NCBI GenBank assembly: GCA_017499595.2
Contig: CM039008.1
Coordinates: 2,542,001-2,606,000, forward strand
From: Psilocybe cubensis
Lineage: Eukaryota
DNA: 64,000 bases
Reading direction: 5' to 3'
The notes beneath the pieces are model-generated. The model saw only the letters and a list, made by a program, of their open reading frames with translations. It had not been told where the DNA came from and did not search any database. Shown here piece by piece: positions 41,080 to 53,501 of the stretch. Each line of letters begins with the position of its first letter. Positions within the stretch are counted from its first letter, which is position 1. A program made the translations under genes and the position numbers.

Positions 41080-41829
41080 TGAACGAACGTTTGCTATCAT
41101 TTTCGTCTTTTCTATGGTTTTCGAATGGCTCACTTTTCGAATGGTCTACCTTTTCTCACTACCTTTTCTGCGTAATATACTTTATCATTTCGCTGGATAA
41201 TTGTTGTTGTTATATTGTCTTTTCATTCCTTGTTGTATTGCTGCTTCCATCCCACTCCTGCTTCCAACTTCACTGCTCGACATAAATTGTTTTAACCCCT
41301 AAATTATTAACCTTGTAGACAACCATGACGTATCGCCCAAGCTATTGATGCTTTCTTACGATTTGCTTATTTCTACTCTTCTCGTCACAAAGAATGTATT
41401 TCAGCAACAAAGGACATTGGAACAAACTTGTATCTCACCATGGCGTAAATGAATACAAGTGAAAAATCTAGAAACTTATTTCTTCACGTTTCCACGCATA
41501 AATTCTTTCTTGCTAAAGTTCTGGGAGAGTGAAGAGAGCCTTATGGCGCAGGGTTGGCATACATAGCGACCGCTTGGCTAGAATGACTAGATCCTTCTTT
41601 ATCTTATTTTCCTTTTGAATAGAAGAAACTTCGGGAATAGTCGTACGTGTGATAATAGTGTGTTCCATAGACCGAAAAGACATGATAGCAGTGACAAAGT
41701 AGAACTAAACTGTCAATGAAACGAAGGTTAAGATATAGCACCAAGTATATCTCATGTGCGTCAGGCTCACCTAGGGTATAATATAATACATAATCCGAAT
41801 ATCCAAAGAAGAAAATGCTCCCACTCCCC

Positions 41830-42301
41830 TCAGACGGCGGGAGAACCCCACCACCATGACAAAATCTTCGATATGAGCCAGAAAGCGAGGAATACGCCAA
41901 CAATAAGCATAGCGATTCTCCATGGTTTGAGGCTTCCTGAGCCAATTCCGAATGCCTGGCCGGCTCGTTTTGAAGTTTGCATTAAAGATGCACCGAACGA
42001 AGAGAATCGGTCGCCCTGGACAATGAAAGAGTATGAGTAAGGAGTGCACAATGAATCCTAGGCGTAATACAATGTTTATATACTTACTGTTTCGTCTAAC
42101 ATGAGGTTTTGAGATTCAACATCACCATGTATATCTGTTGTAATCTAGACAGAAAAATAGATATATGAGCAGCTGGGGAAAGAGATATTCGACTAAAATA
42201 CTTACACCGCGTAACGTTCGGATTTTGGAGTGCAATTCATCGAGCCTCTGGTCATTTTGTGATTCGTAGACATCCTCTACGCGGGCTCTTGAGGAAGACA
42301 T
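41830..42301 (-). CDS. Small tail-anchored Qc-SNARE (Sft1/Bet1-like), 3 exons
   Basis: Spliced product MSSSRARVEDVYESQNDQRLDELHSKIRTLRG|ITTDIHGDVESQNLMLDET|GDRFSSFGASL...PWRIAMLIVGVFLAFWLI: a SNARE heptad plus C-terminal TM, ~110 aa. Confidence 0.82.
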
Positions 42302-43452
42302 GTTATAACAAAACGGTTAATTAGGGATATTAAAGAGACGATAGGAAAATGTGCAACGTGAGGACTGGATTGAGGTTGGAGGATAATGAACCTGACAATG
42401 GAGTGAGCCTTCGACAATGCAGACTTGGCTAAGACTTAATTATTTTATTAATTGTAATATTGTATGCTTAACGCTGACTAAAAAGCAAACAGATTAATAA
42501 TAATATTAATAAAATAACACATAAACGCATCCATAATTGACAAGCTCAGCGTTTCGTTCTTTTAAAATCCTTGACCATGGTAAAACACAGTTTTGTGGAC
42601 AACTGTCTCATGTACAAGCTCTTCATCATATTAATTACAGACTGACACCGTTCTCTTCAGGATGAGGATGCTTTTCCGCCAACTTTTCCGATTTTGCATG
42701 GACCGTCTCTATCTTGAGGAATTTCGGATTGTTATTACACTTACTTGTGCTAAACGGTACCTCATTTCAAAAGAAACCTATTGAATATCTGTGTTTGATC
42801 AAGTTAAACCCACACATCGAGCTGAAAAGTTGAAGCAGAAGACTCAGATCAGAAGATTTGAACTTGACCTGACGGTGCATGTGGATGGCCTGCTGATGCA
42901 TCACAACCTTGTATATTGAGTATGTTTCTAACCCGACTTGGCGCAGGATACCTCATCTAACGTGCTTCAATTATAGAAACGTCCGAGCTTCGATCCACAT
43001 TTGCGATATTTAGAGTTTCCAGCGTGTACCAAAGGACTTCCCCGGGCGCGTGCACACCACTCTTCAGGAGGTCTCCGCATTGCCCACATCGTCATAGTCT
43101 TACTGGGACCAACCAAGTCCCTCTGCATTCAGACTACTCGCACGATGTCGATCTTTCCATATTTGCTTTCTTTGTCAAGACGTACACGGCCAACATCTAT
43201 GGTCAAACCTTCCAGGTGACCGACTCACTCACCGGTGGCAATTTCAATGCACCTGCTGTTCATGGAACACGCCAAATTGGTCTCTTGTCCTCAGTATTGG
43301 ATCTTGAGGTCAAGGTAACCGATGGTGTAGCATATTTCTTAACGGATGTGGAAGTATCATGGGTCTTGAGCAAGCGGAAATTTTTCATGCAACCTTGCGT
43401 CGGAAACCAATAAAAGCTTCTGTGACTATCCAAGGGTAGCCAACAAACTACT

Positions 43453-46400
43453 ATGCTCTCCCTCCGTGCCCTGGGAGCTGCAACTCTTGTGCTTGCTTGT
43501 ACCAGCGCCGTCCTTGGACTGGGTTCGTCATGCTCTGGGCCTATCGGACCTGGAACCTCTGGACAAAATGACCCGTTCTGGATGGAAAGCATAAAGCATC
43601 AAGGAAAATCTGCCTTTAACCCCAACCCAAACGTATATTCCGTTTTCCGTAACGTAAAGGTCAGTAATTATGTCGTCTGGGTTAATGCTCAGGTCAACTT
43701 ACTTAACATCGCACATATTAGGACTTCGGTGCTCGTGGAGATGGCGTTACCGACGACACGGCAGCCATTAAGTAGGTATTTCTAAACCTTTTTACAATTA
43801 CAACTAACTGTCGGTGGAACTAGTGCTGCAATTACATCTGGTGGTCGATGTGGAGGTGGCGGTTGTCGCTCCTCAACGTACATACACCTATCCTATCTCT
43901 CTTCCTCGTCTCACTGAATATTCTTACTCGATTAGTCTCACCCCCGCTGTTGTATACTTCCCCAAAGGGTATGAAAAGATCCTCTGCAATTTTCATCCTA
44001 CTAAACAAAATTTAACCCAGAACTTATCTCGTCTCTGCACCCATCATACCATACTACTACACACAGCTCATCGGAGACGCGAAGAACTTCCCTACTATAC
44101 TTGCATCAGCATCTTTCGATGGAATGGCTGTCATAGGTATCCCTTTTTGAAGTCATGGAGCGCGACATCTGACTCATGTACCTTAGATGCGAACCCGTAC
44201 ATTCCTGGAGGCGGAGGTGCACAGTACTGGACAAATCAAAATAACTTGTCAGGGCTTTATTTTCACTTCTCTACACCCAACTCATATTTTAAATTCTTTA
44301 GCCATAAGTCCATCAGGAACTTCGTGATCGACGTTAGACGGTAAAGGCAACAACATTTCTTGAACTAAAGCTAATTAAATGTTCAGTGTCCCAGCCGACA
44401 AGCCTCAAGGAACAGGAATTCACTGGCAGGTTGCTCAAGCGACATCTCTCATGAACATCGTGATACAGATGTCGGCGGAACCCAACACTGCCCACCAAGG
44501 TGTGTTAACTGTCATTGCTCCATGACCTGTGGCACATTACTGAGAAACATACTTTTAGGCATCTGGATGGAAAACGGAAGGTATGCTGGTACCAATCTGG
44601 CCCGAACAATGGCAGTCCTTACGTGTGTGCAATGTTTTTAGCGGCGGTTATATGGGAGACCTGGTATTTAATGGAGGTAAGTCATTATCAATGATTTCAT
44701 CTTTTTTATTGACTTTTAAATGAACCAGGCAAATTTGGAATTTGGGGCGGAAACCAACAGTAAATTCCTTCAATCTAACTTATATGTTAGGTGTTGACGT
44801 TGAAACGATTAGGTTCACCGTCAAAAATGTCACCTTCAACAACGTCCAGACGGCCGTATACAGCTTGTGGAATTGGGGTTGGACCTACCAGGGTGTTACT
44901 ATCAACAACGCTCAGGTGGGAACTACTGACTAGACCTTCTAAATCGTTCTCACTGACATTGTAAACCATACATAGGTCGGGTTTGATATCGCGTCTGGAG
45001 GACTGACGATTGACACCCAGGTATGCCATGCGCTTGTTGGAAGGGTGTTTGGTTAATGTTCTCTTCTACAGACCACTGGTGCTCAAGCGATCATCGATGC
45101 CGTCGTCACAAACACTCAGATTTTCGTTCGAAACTCTCAACCTAGCAATGGCCGTCTGGCAGGATCTTTGGTGCTTAACAACGTCAGACTCAATAACGTC
45201 CCTGTAGCTGTGGGTGTAGTTGGCGGGGCCGTTGTACTTAATGGCGGTTCCACCACGATCTCATCTTGGGGTCAAGGAAATATTTACCGTGGCACTAACC
45301 CAAGTGGCTCATTTATACAAGGTAATATTCCGGCACCAAATAAAGATGCAAGCCTACTGGATAGCGCTGGAAGAATTGTCGCACGCACACATCCTCAATA
45401 CGCTGAGTATGCTGTAAATCAATTCATCAGCGTTAAGGATTATGGTGCTGTAGGAGATGGCTTTACAGACGATACGGCTGCTCTCACCAGTATCTTTAAT
45501 CGGGTATTCTCGTTTTTATAATCCAGGTAATCTGCTCTTGGCTAATGGGGCTCTTAGTTTTCGGGATGCAAAATTATCTTTTTCGATGCTGGCACATATG
45601 TCGTGTCGAACACCATCACCATTCCTGCGGGAACTCAAATGACTGGTGAAGCGTGGACTGTACTTGCAGGGAAAGGGCCAGCGTTCCAGGACCAGAACAA
45701 TCCTCGCCCTGTTTTCAGAATCGGAGAGACCGGTTCTCAAGGTGTACTCGAAATCAGCGACATCGTTTTCAGCACCATTGGGCCAGGTGCGCTTCCACAA
45801 TTGCGGGCATTGCGTCTTGTAGTAATTGTGACTATTTACAGCTGCTGGTGCTATTATCGTTGAATGGAACGTCAGACAACCCTCTGGATTCCAAGCTGGA
45901 GCAGGAATGTGGGATTCTCATGTCCGGTGAGCCCATAGCCACGGTGTATTTTATAAAATACTCAATTCAATAAACCAGAACTGCCGGGGCAGCGGGGACA
46001 AATCTTGAGGGAAATAGGTGCCCCAAGAGTGGAGCAGGAGGGTTCGATAATTGTTTCGCGGCTTACATGGCGCTTCACCTCACGCCACGATCTACTGCCT
46101 ACATTGAGGTGAGTTTGAAAACGTGCAATTTCTCAGAAGTTCTACAATTCATTGCATTTCAGGGAGCATGGGTCTGGCTCGCTGATCATGACTTGGATTT
46201 CCCAGGAGAAGGTCAAATATCCGTTTATTCAGGCCGTGGAATCTTGTCAGAATCGCAAGGACCAGTGTGGTTGATAGGAACAGGTATACCATATCCTTTA
46301 TTGCATTTCTTGGTCAATTAATTGCTGTTTCCTGCAGGATGTATGGAACTTCTTTCCGCGCATGATCATTCTACTGATATTTTGTCTAGCTGAACATCAC

Positions 46401-46938
46401 GTCTTGTATCAGTATAACCTTGTGAATGCAGCCAACCACTATATGGGTCTTATTCAGACCGAATCAGTGGGTCGCTTTTCTCCTCGTATACGACACTGTC
46501 CAAACATCTTCTGTTCTTTTAGCCGTACTACCAGCCTGCACCAGTTTCTCCTTCCCCTTTCACGATTAATCGTACGATGAAGGATCCAACGCCTTATAGC
46601 GGAAACCCATCTGCATGGGCAGTTTCCATCACACAGTCACGTAATATCCTCATTTTTGGTGCTGGTCTTTACAGCTTCTTCGATGTATGTACCAGGTCTC
46701 TAGTCACCATGAGCATTTTTAATTCCTTTTCCCGCAGAACTACTCGCAAGCCTGCATCGACTCGCGAAACTGCCAATCACAGCTGCTCAACATTGACACA
46801 GCCTCGACAAATATCAACATATACAGCCTTTCTACAGTCGCAACTATGTTCCAAGTCAGTGTCAATGGAGCAGGGATCGTCAACCAGGCGGGAAATGTGA
46901 ACGGGTTTGCATCGACCGTAACAAGCTGGAGCCAATAA
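43453..46938 (+). CDS. Glycoside hydrolase family 55 exo-beta-1,3-glucanase (copy 2, secreted)
   Basis: Signal peptide MLSLRALGAATLVLACTSAVLG; FWMESIKHQG, DFGARGDGVTDDT, HWQVAQATSL, GIWMENGSGG, QTESPYYQP; ends GFASTVTSWSQ*. Confidence 0.95.
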
Positions 46939-48025
46939 TTGTCTCCGCTGAACCCACACACTTTTAAACATCGTCATGTACTAAGGTTGCTATTGCCTTA
47001 TTGAAAGGAATTTAAGATTTTTTTTAGTTTCCGTCCAATTAAGTTCCGACTGCACGCTGAGAAAGTCTTTAACCTACCCTCCTTTTCCTCCAAATATACC
47101 TTCGTCCATCCGATTATTGGTGTCAGGCGTGTCAGCACTTACAAAGTTACTTGTCGGGGATTTTTAGATATTTGCTGCTTATATATTTTATGATGCAACC
47201 AATTGTGTATGACGGCAGCAGATGGCCTCGTATAACGCTGTGAATTTTGTTAGAGAGAATTTTCTCAAAGGGCAGTATACTAAGTCGTGGTATAATTTAT
47301 TGCATCATATACATACATATACATACATTTTAAATTCTATTACTGGAACCTGTAACCAAGTTGATGAAGGATGGGATATTCGAAAAGGAAGATCCAAGTG
47401 CCACGAAAGTATTCCAGAACAAAGCAGGAACACAATGGAAAAACAAGGAACAACGGAAACGAATATGAACAAACGTTTAACTATGAACAGAAAAAACGAA
47501 GAGATACTTTATGCAGAAGACAGTAATGGGCGTGATAACGAAAAGGAAAATACATAGAACTACAACATTGAACTGGAAGAAGATCAAACGCACGAAAGCA
47601 ATTGGGGATAATGAACAGTCAGAGAGCTACGAGATCCAAAAAAGTACACTAAACTACAAATGTGGCGATACAGCGAGATAAAAGGATCTAACATTAGAAA
47701 GTCGGAGAATGAGAAAATGCCAACCGAAGGGTCAGTAACAACGAAACGGTCAAAGGAAGAGCAATGATGAGATGAAGGCGGTGACAAGTACGAAAGGAAC
47801 GCTGTCGTAATAACATGTGCTGGATCAGGCTGCAAACGATGCTACGCACACGACTTCCGCAGTCTCCGGGAGTTGCCTTGCGTTGCCCATCGGCAAAAGC
47901 TGTTAAGCGCAAGTTTAGCGAGTGACTGGATAATGAAGGATGTCAATTCGATTTCACACTCACCGGACAGTGAAATGGAACGAAACCTTTTGCACCTCCA
48001 TCGGCAACAATTTCTCCGTGTGGTA

Positions 48026-49898
48026 TCAAAGGGGTATAACCCTCACATTCTTCCCTCGCACCCATCTCCTGAACTCACTGTGTCCTCCCTTATCCAGTCG
48101 ATGTCGATACCTTCTCAGAAATGGGACGCCCCAGAGCGGGATACCCCGCTCCACCACCGCTAGTGCCTCAGGCCGCCCGTGCTTGTCAACGACGACGTCA
48201 TAGCACCCCTCTTGCTTCAGATGATTTGGACACTTCTCCCGGGCCCAGCGAATATTGATTTGTTTCAGAGCTGGATTGTATTTGAGAATGCGCAAGGCCG
48301 TCGAGAGCATGCTTTCGTCGACGTATTTGTGTCCTTTCGTGAGAGAAAACCGTTTGAGGGAGGGGAGGAGGTAGAGCTGTGTTATTAGTTGTTTAAGTGG
48401 TTTCTTGACGAAAATAATTATTAGTAATTGTCGATGTGGACAGATGCAAAGGACTCACTACAGTAAAAGACGTGGTACACATGAAATGAAAGTCTGTCAG
48501 CTTGGGGCACGATGTAAGAATAGAGAAGAAGAAGAGGGAGTGGTCGCGGCTAGTGTCAAATACGTGGGTCCAGATATCGAGGCTTGTGAGGTTCGTCAGC
48601 GTCCTCAGTACAGGACATACGGCCTCCAAACGGCTCTCATATACCGGTTCGCATGTAAGATCAAGAGTCTCAACAACCTGTGGATTCGGTAGCTCAGCAA
48701 GTTGCTGATACACCCCAATAAAGGTATCTAGCGCCGGTAATGATTTCTCTGAAAGGTGCATGGGAATGTTGTCTGGAGACATCCACCGCTTGAAGTTCCA
48801 TAAGAAGCGGATATACTTGAGGTTCGTATGAGAGTCCAGAAACGAGGAAAGCGAGTTGTTATTGAGGGCTGGAGGGCCAAGTGAGAAGTCCTGTTGATAG
48901 CCAAACGAACCCAGGGTCAGTGTGTGAAGCTTTGGCCAGTGACCGTCCGTGATGGGGTCAAAGTCGAAGACGCGCGCAGAGGACGAGAAGCTGCATATCG
49001 CCAACTCCTGTAGGTCAGGGCAACGCGTGCGCAGCATATCCCACAATCTCGGAGGCAGGGCCTCGAGCTCGGGAAAGAGGTCTGCAAAGGGTTTAGTAAG
49101 TGATTACTTTAATAGATTGATTTGACGCGATACCTGATCCTCCGAGCCCGTGCCGCACGATAAGAGAGAAGCTGGTGAGGTTCGAAAAATCGAAAAGAGT
49201 GCTGGAGGGATCCAGGGGACGCGTGCCGACATTCGAGAAGACACTTTTGAGCTCGGGGCAGCTGTGGACGCGTCAGCGGTTGTTTGGGTGGGGCGTCACC
49301 TAGTAAGGCTCACTTTGATCGAAGGGTATGCCATAGAGAGTCGTCAGGGAGCTCGAGTCCGTCCCAGTCAAAGGTGTGCAAGGAAATGAGATCCATCGAG
49401 ATATCTTCAATCATTGACACGACCCACTCTTCGGAGAGCTGCTCGTCGGGGCGCGGCCAGGCGAGGTAATAGTTTGGCCGTACGGCGAGCTTACGCACGT
49501 AGCCACAGATGTCCTTCCGTGACTTGAGCATACTTAGAGTCACCCTACAGTTCTTGCTGGACTTCAGGGTTACTGTCTCGTACAAAGCGGGCAGAAGCAT
49601 AGCTCGCAGGTGTTTGGACTAAGTTACTGTGCGTTTAGGCTTTCATTGAAGCCAGTAGAATATATTCCAAGTTACTTACAGCGAGGCTGAAGTTCAGGAT
49701 ATCCGATGGAGCCAACAGGTCTACTATCTCCCGCACAATATCTGCTGGAATCGAACCCACTGGCAATGTCCCTGATATCGAGCCATAGATGGATGTGCGG
49801 GATGAAAGGGGAAGTTGAAAGAGTGTCTTGAGACTTCGTCGTCGACCGTTCTTCGTAAGGCTACCACGAATGGTCTGATAGCTTGACGCGTCGTCCAT
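48026..49898 (-). CDS. F-box / LRR (RNI-like) protein
   Basis: F-box-like IPADIVREIVDLLAPSDILNFSLASKHLRAMLLPALYETV, then LRR-like repeats (CPELKSV, CPDLQELAI, WPKLHTLTL, LTNLTSLDI, CPKLTDF). Confidence 0.82.
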
Positions 49899-50518
49899 GG
49901 CAAGGAACTGCGAGGTGCCCCTGTCGGGCAGCGTTAGGGAAACGTGCAAGCGACGGACTGTCTGAGACTCAAGGCAGCAGCAACTGATGATACCAAAATA
50001 GGGTCTCGATCACAGCCACTACTGACTTCTCACAGTCCATCTTATCTTTTATCTTTCAATATTCCCCAGGATGTCATGGGAAGAATGAAGCTCGAGAGTC
50101 AGAAATGTATGGCAGACGAAAGGTCGGAGGACAAAGAATTTAGACATTCTAAAAATAGCCTGACAAAACCCGCAAGGTCGACAAAACCGCCCGTCCTAAG
50201 GTTCCAAATTCAGAACTACTTCAAAGCAGTCTACTGTGAATATCAGATACAAATCAGAACAGAAGTAGGGATCTTTTCCTTCATGTCCACTCAACACGCA
50301 ACAATGCAGCCAAAAGCGATCACTACCTCCACATCATCCAACTCCATTCTGTTTACATCGTTAATGTGTATGTATGGATCACGAGGATGCAAGGCCATAT
50401 CAGCTTTGCGTGGTACTAGTGGTAGATGACGTATAAGCATCAAGTCCCAAACACCCATATATACCCATCTCACGTACTACAACGACCATCGCCACCACGT
50501 TAAATCCTTGTGTTGAGA

Positions 50519-51149
50519 ATGAACGACGGAAGTCAAACCCAGGTCATTTCTTCGAGCACGCCATTTATCAATGCCACCGATACTCATCGCTATAAACAGA
50601 ATCGAGAACCTCTTTGGGAGTGGTCAGCTCGCATCCGGTGCAACAAACACGAACTAGGTTCAAGCTTCTCGGTGTGCTTGTTCCTTGGTCCACCTCCCGA
50701 CGACCCAGAGGAGTGGCTTACGGCTCCAAATCTAGCAGGCGCGCACCATGTATTTGTTGCAGGAGGAGGAGAGTATGGTCAAAGACGAGGACCAAGCCGA
50801 ATGACAAACGAAGGATTTGTGAACCTCAATTCTGCAATTGCCCGGATTTCTAGGTTGAATACATTTGATCCTGAGGTGGTAGTGCCCTATCTAAAGGATT
50901 ATTTGCAGTGGCGAGTGCAGACGGTATGTGTGTTTGCTTTGGAGATTCAAGCTTTAGGCTTCATGTGCGATTTGTGCGTCGGAGTTCCAGACAGATACGA
51001 CGCCAATGGAGCTGCCATCTTTGGAGGTTGTCGTCTTCGCCACGCCATTAACATACCCTCCGGGTGGAATGTTTCCAGTTCCAGGAGATCGTCGTCGATA
51101 TAGCACCATTACATATGGCAAAAAAGGAGGAAGCCGCGACGAGGAATAG
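50519..51149 (+). CDS. Stand-alone fungal tyrosinase C-terminal domain protein (no copper catalytic domain), 2 exons
   Basis: WEWSARIRCNKHELGSSFSVCLFLG...AGAHHVFV...EGFVNLN...VVVPYLKDYLQWRVQ|...LPSLEVVVFATPLTYPPGGMFPVPG...ITYGKKGG matches the recalled C-terminal domain of fungal pro-tyrosinases; intron 50924-50990. Confidence 0.75.
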
Positions 51150-51476
51150 TACCAAAATAGTAGAATCGCCAAACAACTGGCCATGTACTACTGAAAGTCA
51201 AAATTGGATAATATGTAGAAAAAAATTGTAACGTCCCTCGTATTAGCTCGTATTCGTTTCATACCAATATTCAATTTTGAATTTGTTAAACTTCGAGTCA
51301 ACCCATTTCCGGGTTAACTTGTTACTATTAGTACCCCTGACAAACCCCTGAGCGCTGAGCGCGAAGCCAATCATGATGGTTCTTGTAAGCGATGCTTACA
51401 TAACATTATAACCTTAACCATGGCTTTTCTTGCACACCGGTTAAAAGTTGGCACTCGAGCCTTTTGACCACCACCA

Positions 51477-53224
51477 ATGATCTTTCGTATCTTGTGTTTA
51501 TTCACTCTTTTGCAGTTGGCGTTGTGTGAGCAACAAGTCTTGACCGAACAGTCCAACTTTGGTCTTTTGAGGAGATTCAGTTCAGTGCAGGAGGCATTGG
51601 ATGTCGCTCAGGTGTGTCCACAACCTGTTAAATGAGATAGACACTTATGTGGTATCAGGCGCGTAATCTGGACGTCTGGCACCAAACAAAAACATTCGTA
51701 GACATATACTTTCCACCGGATGAACTTCATTTGCCAGACGAACTGAAGGTGCTTCCGCACAATGATACATTGATATCTGCAATACCACCCAGACGGATGG
51801 GACTCGGAGGATTTGCACCGTTTGCAAACAGCAGTTTTCACGATGTCTATCACCCTCTCGATGAGCTAACATCGTTCATCCACGAATTAGCAAACACCCA
51901 TCCGAACATAACTCGTATTACGAACCTAGGGACAAGTGCAGAGGGGCGGGATGTTCTGGCATTGACAATCTCAACAGGGCCTTATTCAAAGAAAATGGAA
52001 TTAAAGAAGGGTGGAAAGAAGAAACGCCCCAGCGGTCCAGCTGGAGACAAGCTAGGGTTCGTGATCGTTGGTGCTCAACATGCTCGCGAGGTTCGTCACT
52101 TCGTTTCGCTGTATGTTATTAATTATGCTCATATATTTCAGTGGATTGCAACTGCTACATCAGTTTATCTTGCACATGCATTAGTTGCCGATGCCTCCGA
52201 ACCTCACTCGTTATCGCCTCTGTTGACGCACTTCGTAAGTTCTCAGATGTTTGGAGTTGCGACGTCATTAAAACCTTGATCCAGGACTTCCATATCGTTC
52301 CAGTGCCCAACCCAGACGGCTACGAATTTACCTGGTCAACTGACCGATTCTGGTACAAAAACCGACAAATTTTAGGCCCGCATGAGAAGTGTATTGGCTT
52401 GGATATGAACCGCAACTGGGTACGCTTTCTCACAACACCTTATTTCTTTTTCTAAATGAGGACCATCTAGGGCTATAAATGGAAGCGCGAAGCTCTTGAT
52501 AGGGGCCTCCAGGAAACGAAGCCGCGGGTGCCTACGAATCCGTGTTCGCATTGGTACCCCGGCACGCGAGCGTTCGAAGCTCCAGAAGTCAACAATCTGG
52601 CGAATTGGGTAGCCACTCTTCCGAATGTTGTCGCGTTCATCGATCTGCGGAGCTACGGGCAGATGTGTGCGTTATCAGTCTTCTCAAACTGACTGGATTG
52701 ACGCAAGCTAACGAGAGCAATCAGTGTCGTCACCGTACTCTTATACCTGCAAGAAGCAGCCTAAGGACGCAGAGGACCAAGTTGAAGCCGCCCTAGGAGC
52801 TTCGCAAGCGCTCAAGTCCGTTCATGGGACGCACTTCCAGGTGAGATGCGCTCTTCCCTCGTGATTGCTGATCGTTTGTTAAATCTATGCCACCAGACCG
52901 GAAAGCTTTGTTCAATGCTGTATGCTGCACCTGGAAATATCCTTGATTGGATGTACGCCCGCGTAGGAATCAAATATTCATACGTTGCGCATCTGCGCGA
53001 TACAGGAACTGTAAGATCCATCTGATTGTCTATTCCTCAACCAACCTTACATTTTCTCTAGTATGGGTTCGCACTGCCAGAAAAATGGATCCGCCCAACA
53101 GGAGAAGAAACGGCTAGCTTGGTCGACTACCTCTCTAGGTTCATTGCCAAGCAGGCGAAAAGTTCGTAAATTGATTTCATGACCTACACTCGCAAACCTC
53201 AAATCTTTCATAGAAACTTTCTAA
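51477..53224 (+). CDS. ECM14: M14 metallocarboxypeptidase-like protein, Ecm14-like, probably inactive
   Basis: Signal peptide MIFRILCLFTLLQLALC; GAQHAREWI, PVPNPDGY, WYKNRQ, GLDMNRNW, IDLRSYGQ, YVAHLRDTGTYGF. Last exon uncertain (stop at 53169 or 53224). Confidence 0.85.
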
Positions 53225-53501
53225 TTGTATTATCAACATGGATGGCCTATATATGTATGTATGCTCCTCATCTATCCAATATGTATTTGTTGTATTTCTA
53301 GTATATCACAACCCATCTTCGCCTTGCCGTGCTGTTGCCTTGAGATTCTTCGCCCCTTGCGTTGCTCGAGTTCACAGAAGTTCACCATGAATCAGGATTA
53401 GTCATTAGAGTACGGGTTACATTATTTTTTTAAAACTATGATTACTGGGGCACATTATTGTGGTACACCGAGCACTTCGTGAACACGATTTCATCCATCC
53501 A

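Noticed and set aside
43024-43413. 129-aa ORF just upstream of GH55-2
   Set aside because: Non-ATG start, no recognisable motif, and it overlaps the likely promoter.
51420-51467. 15-codon uORF just before the Ecm14-like ATG
   Set aside because: TSS unknown, so no evidence that it is transcribed or regulatory.
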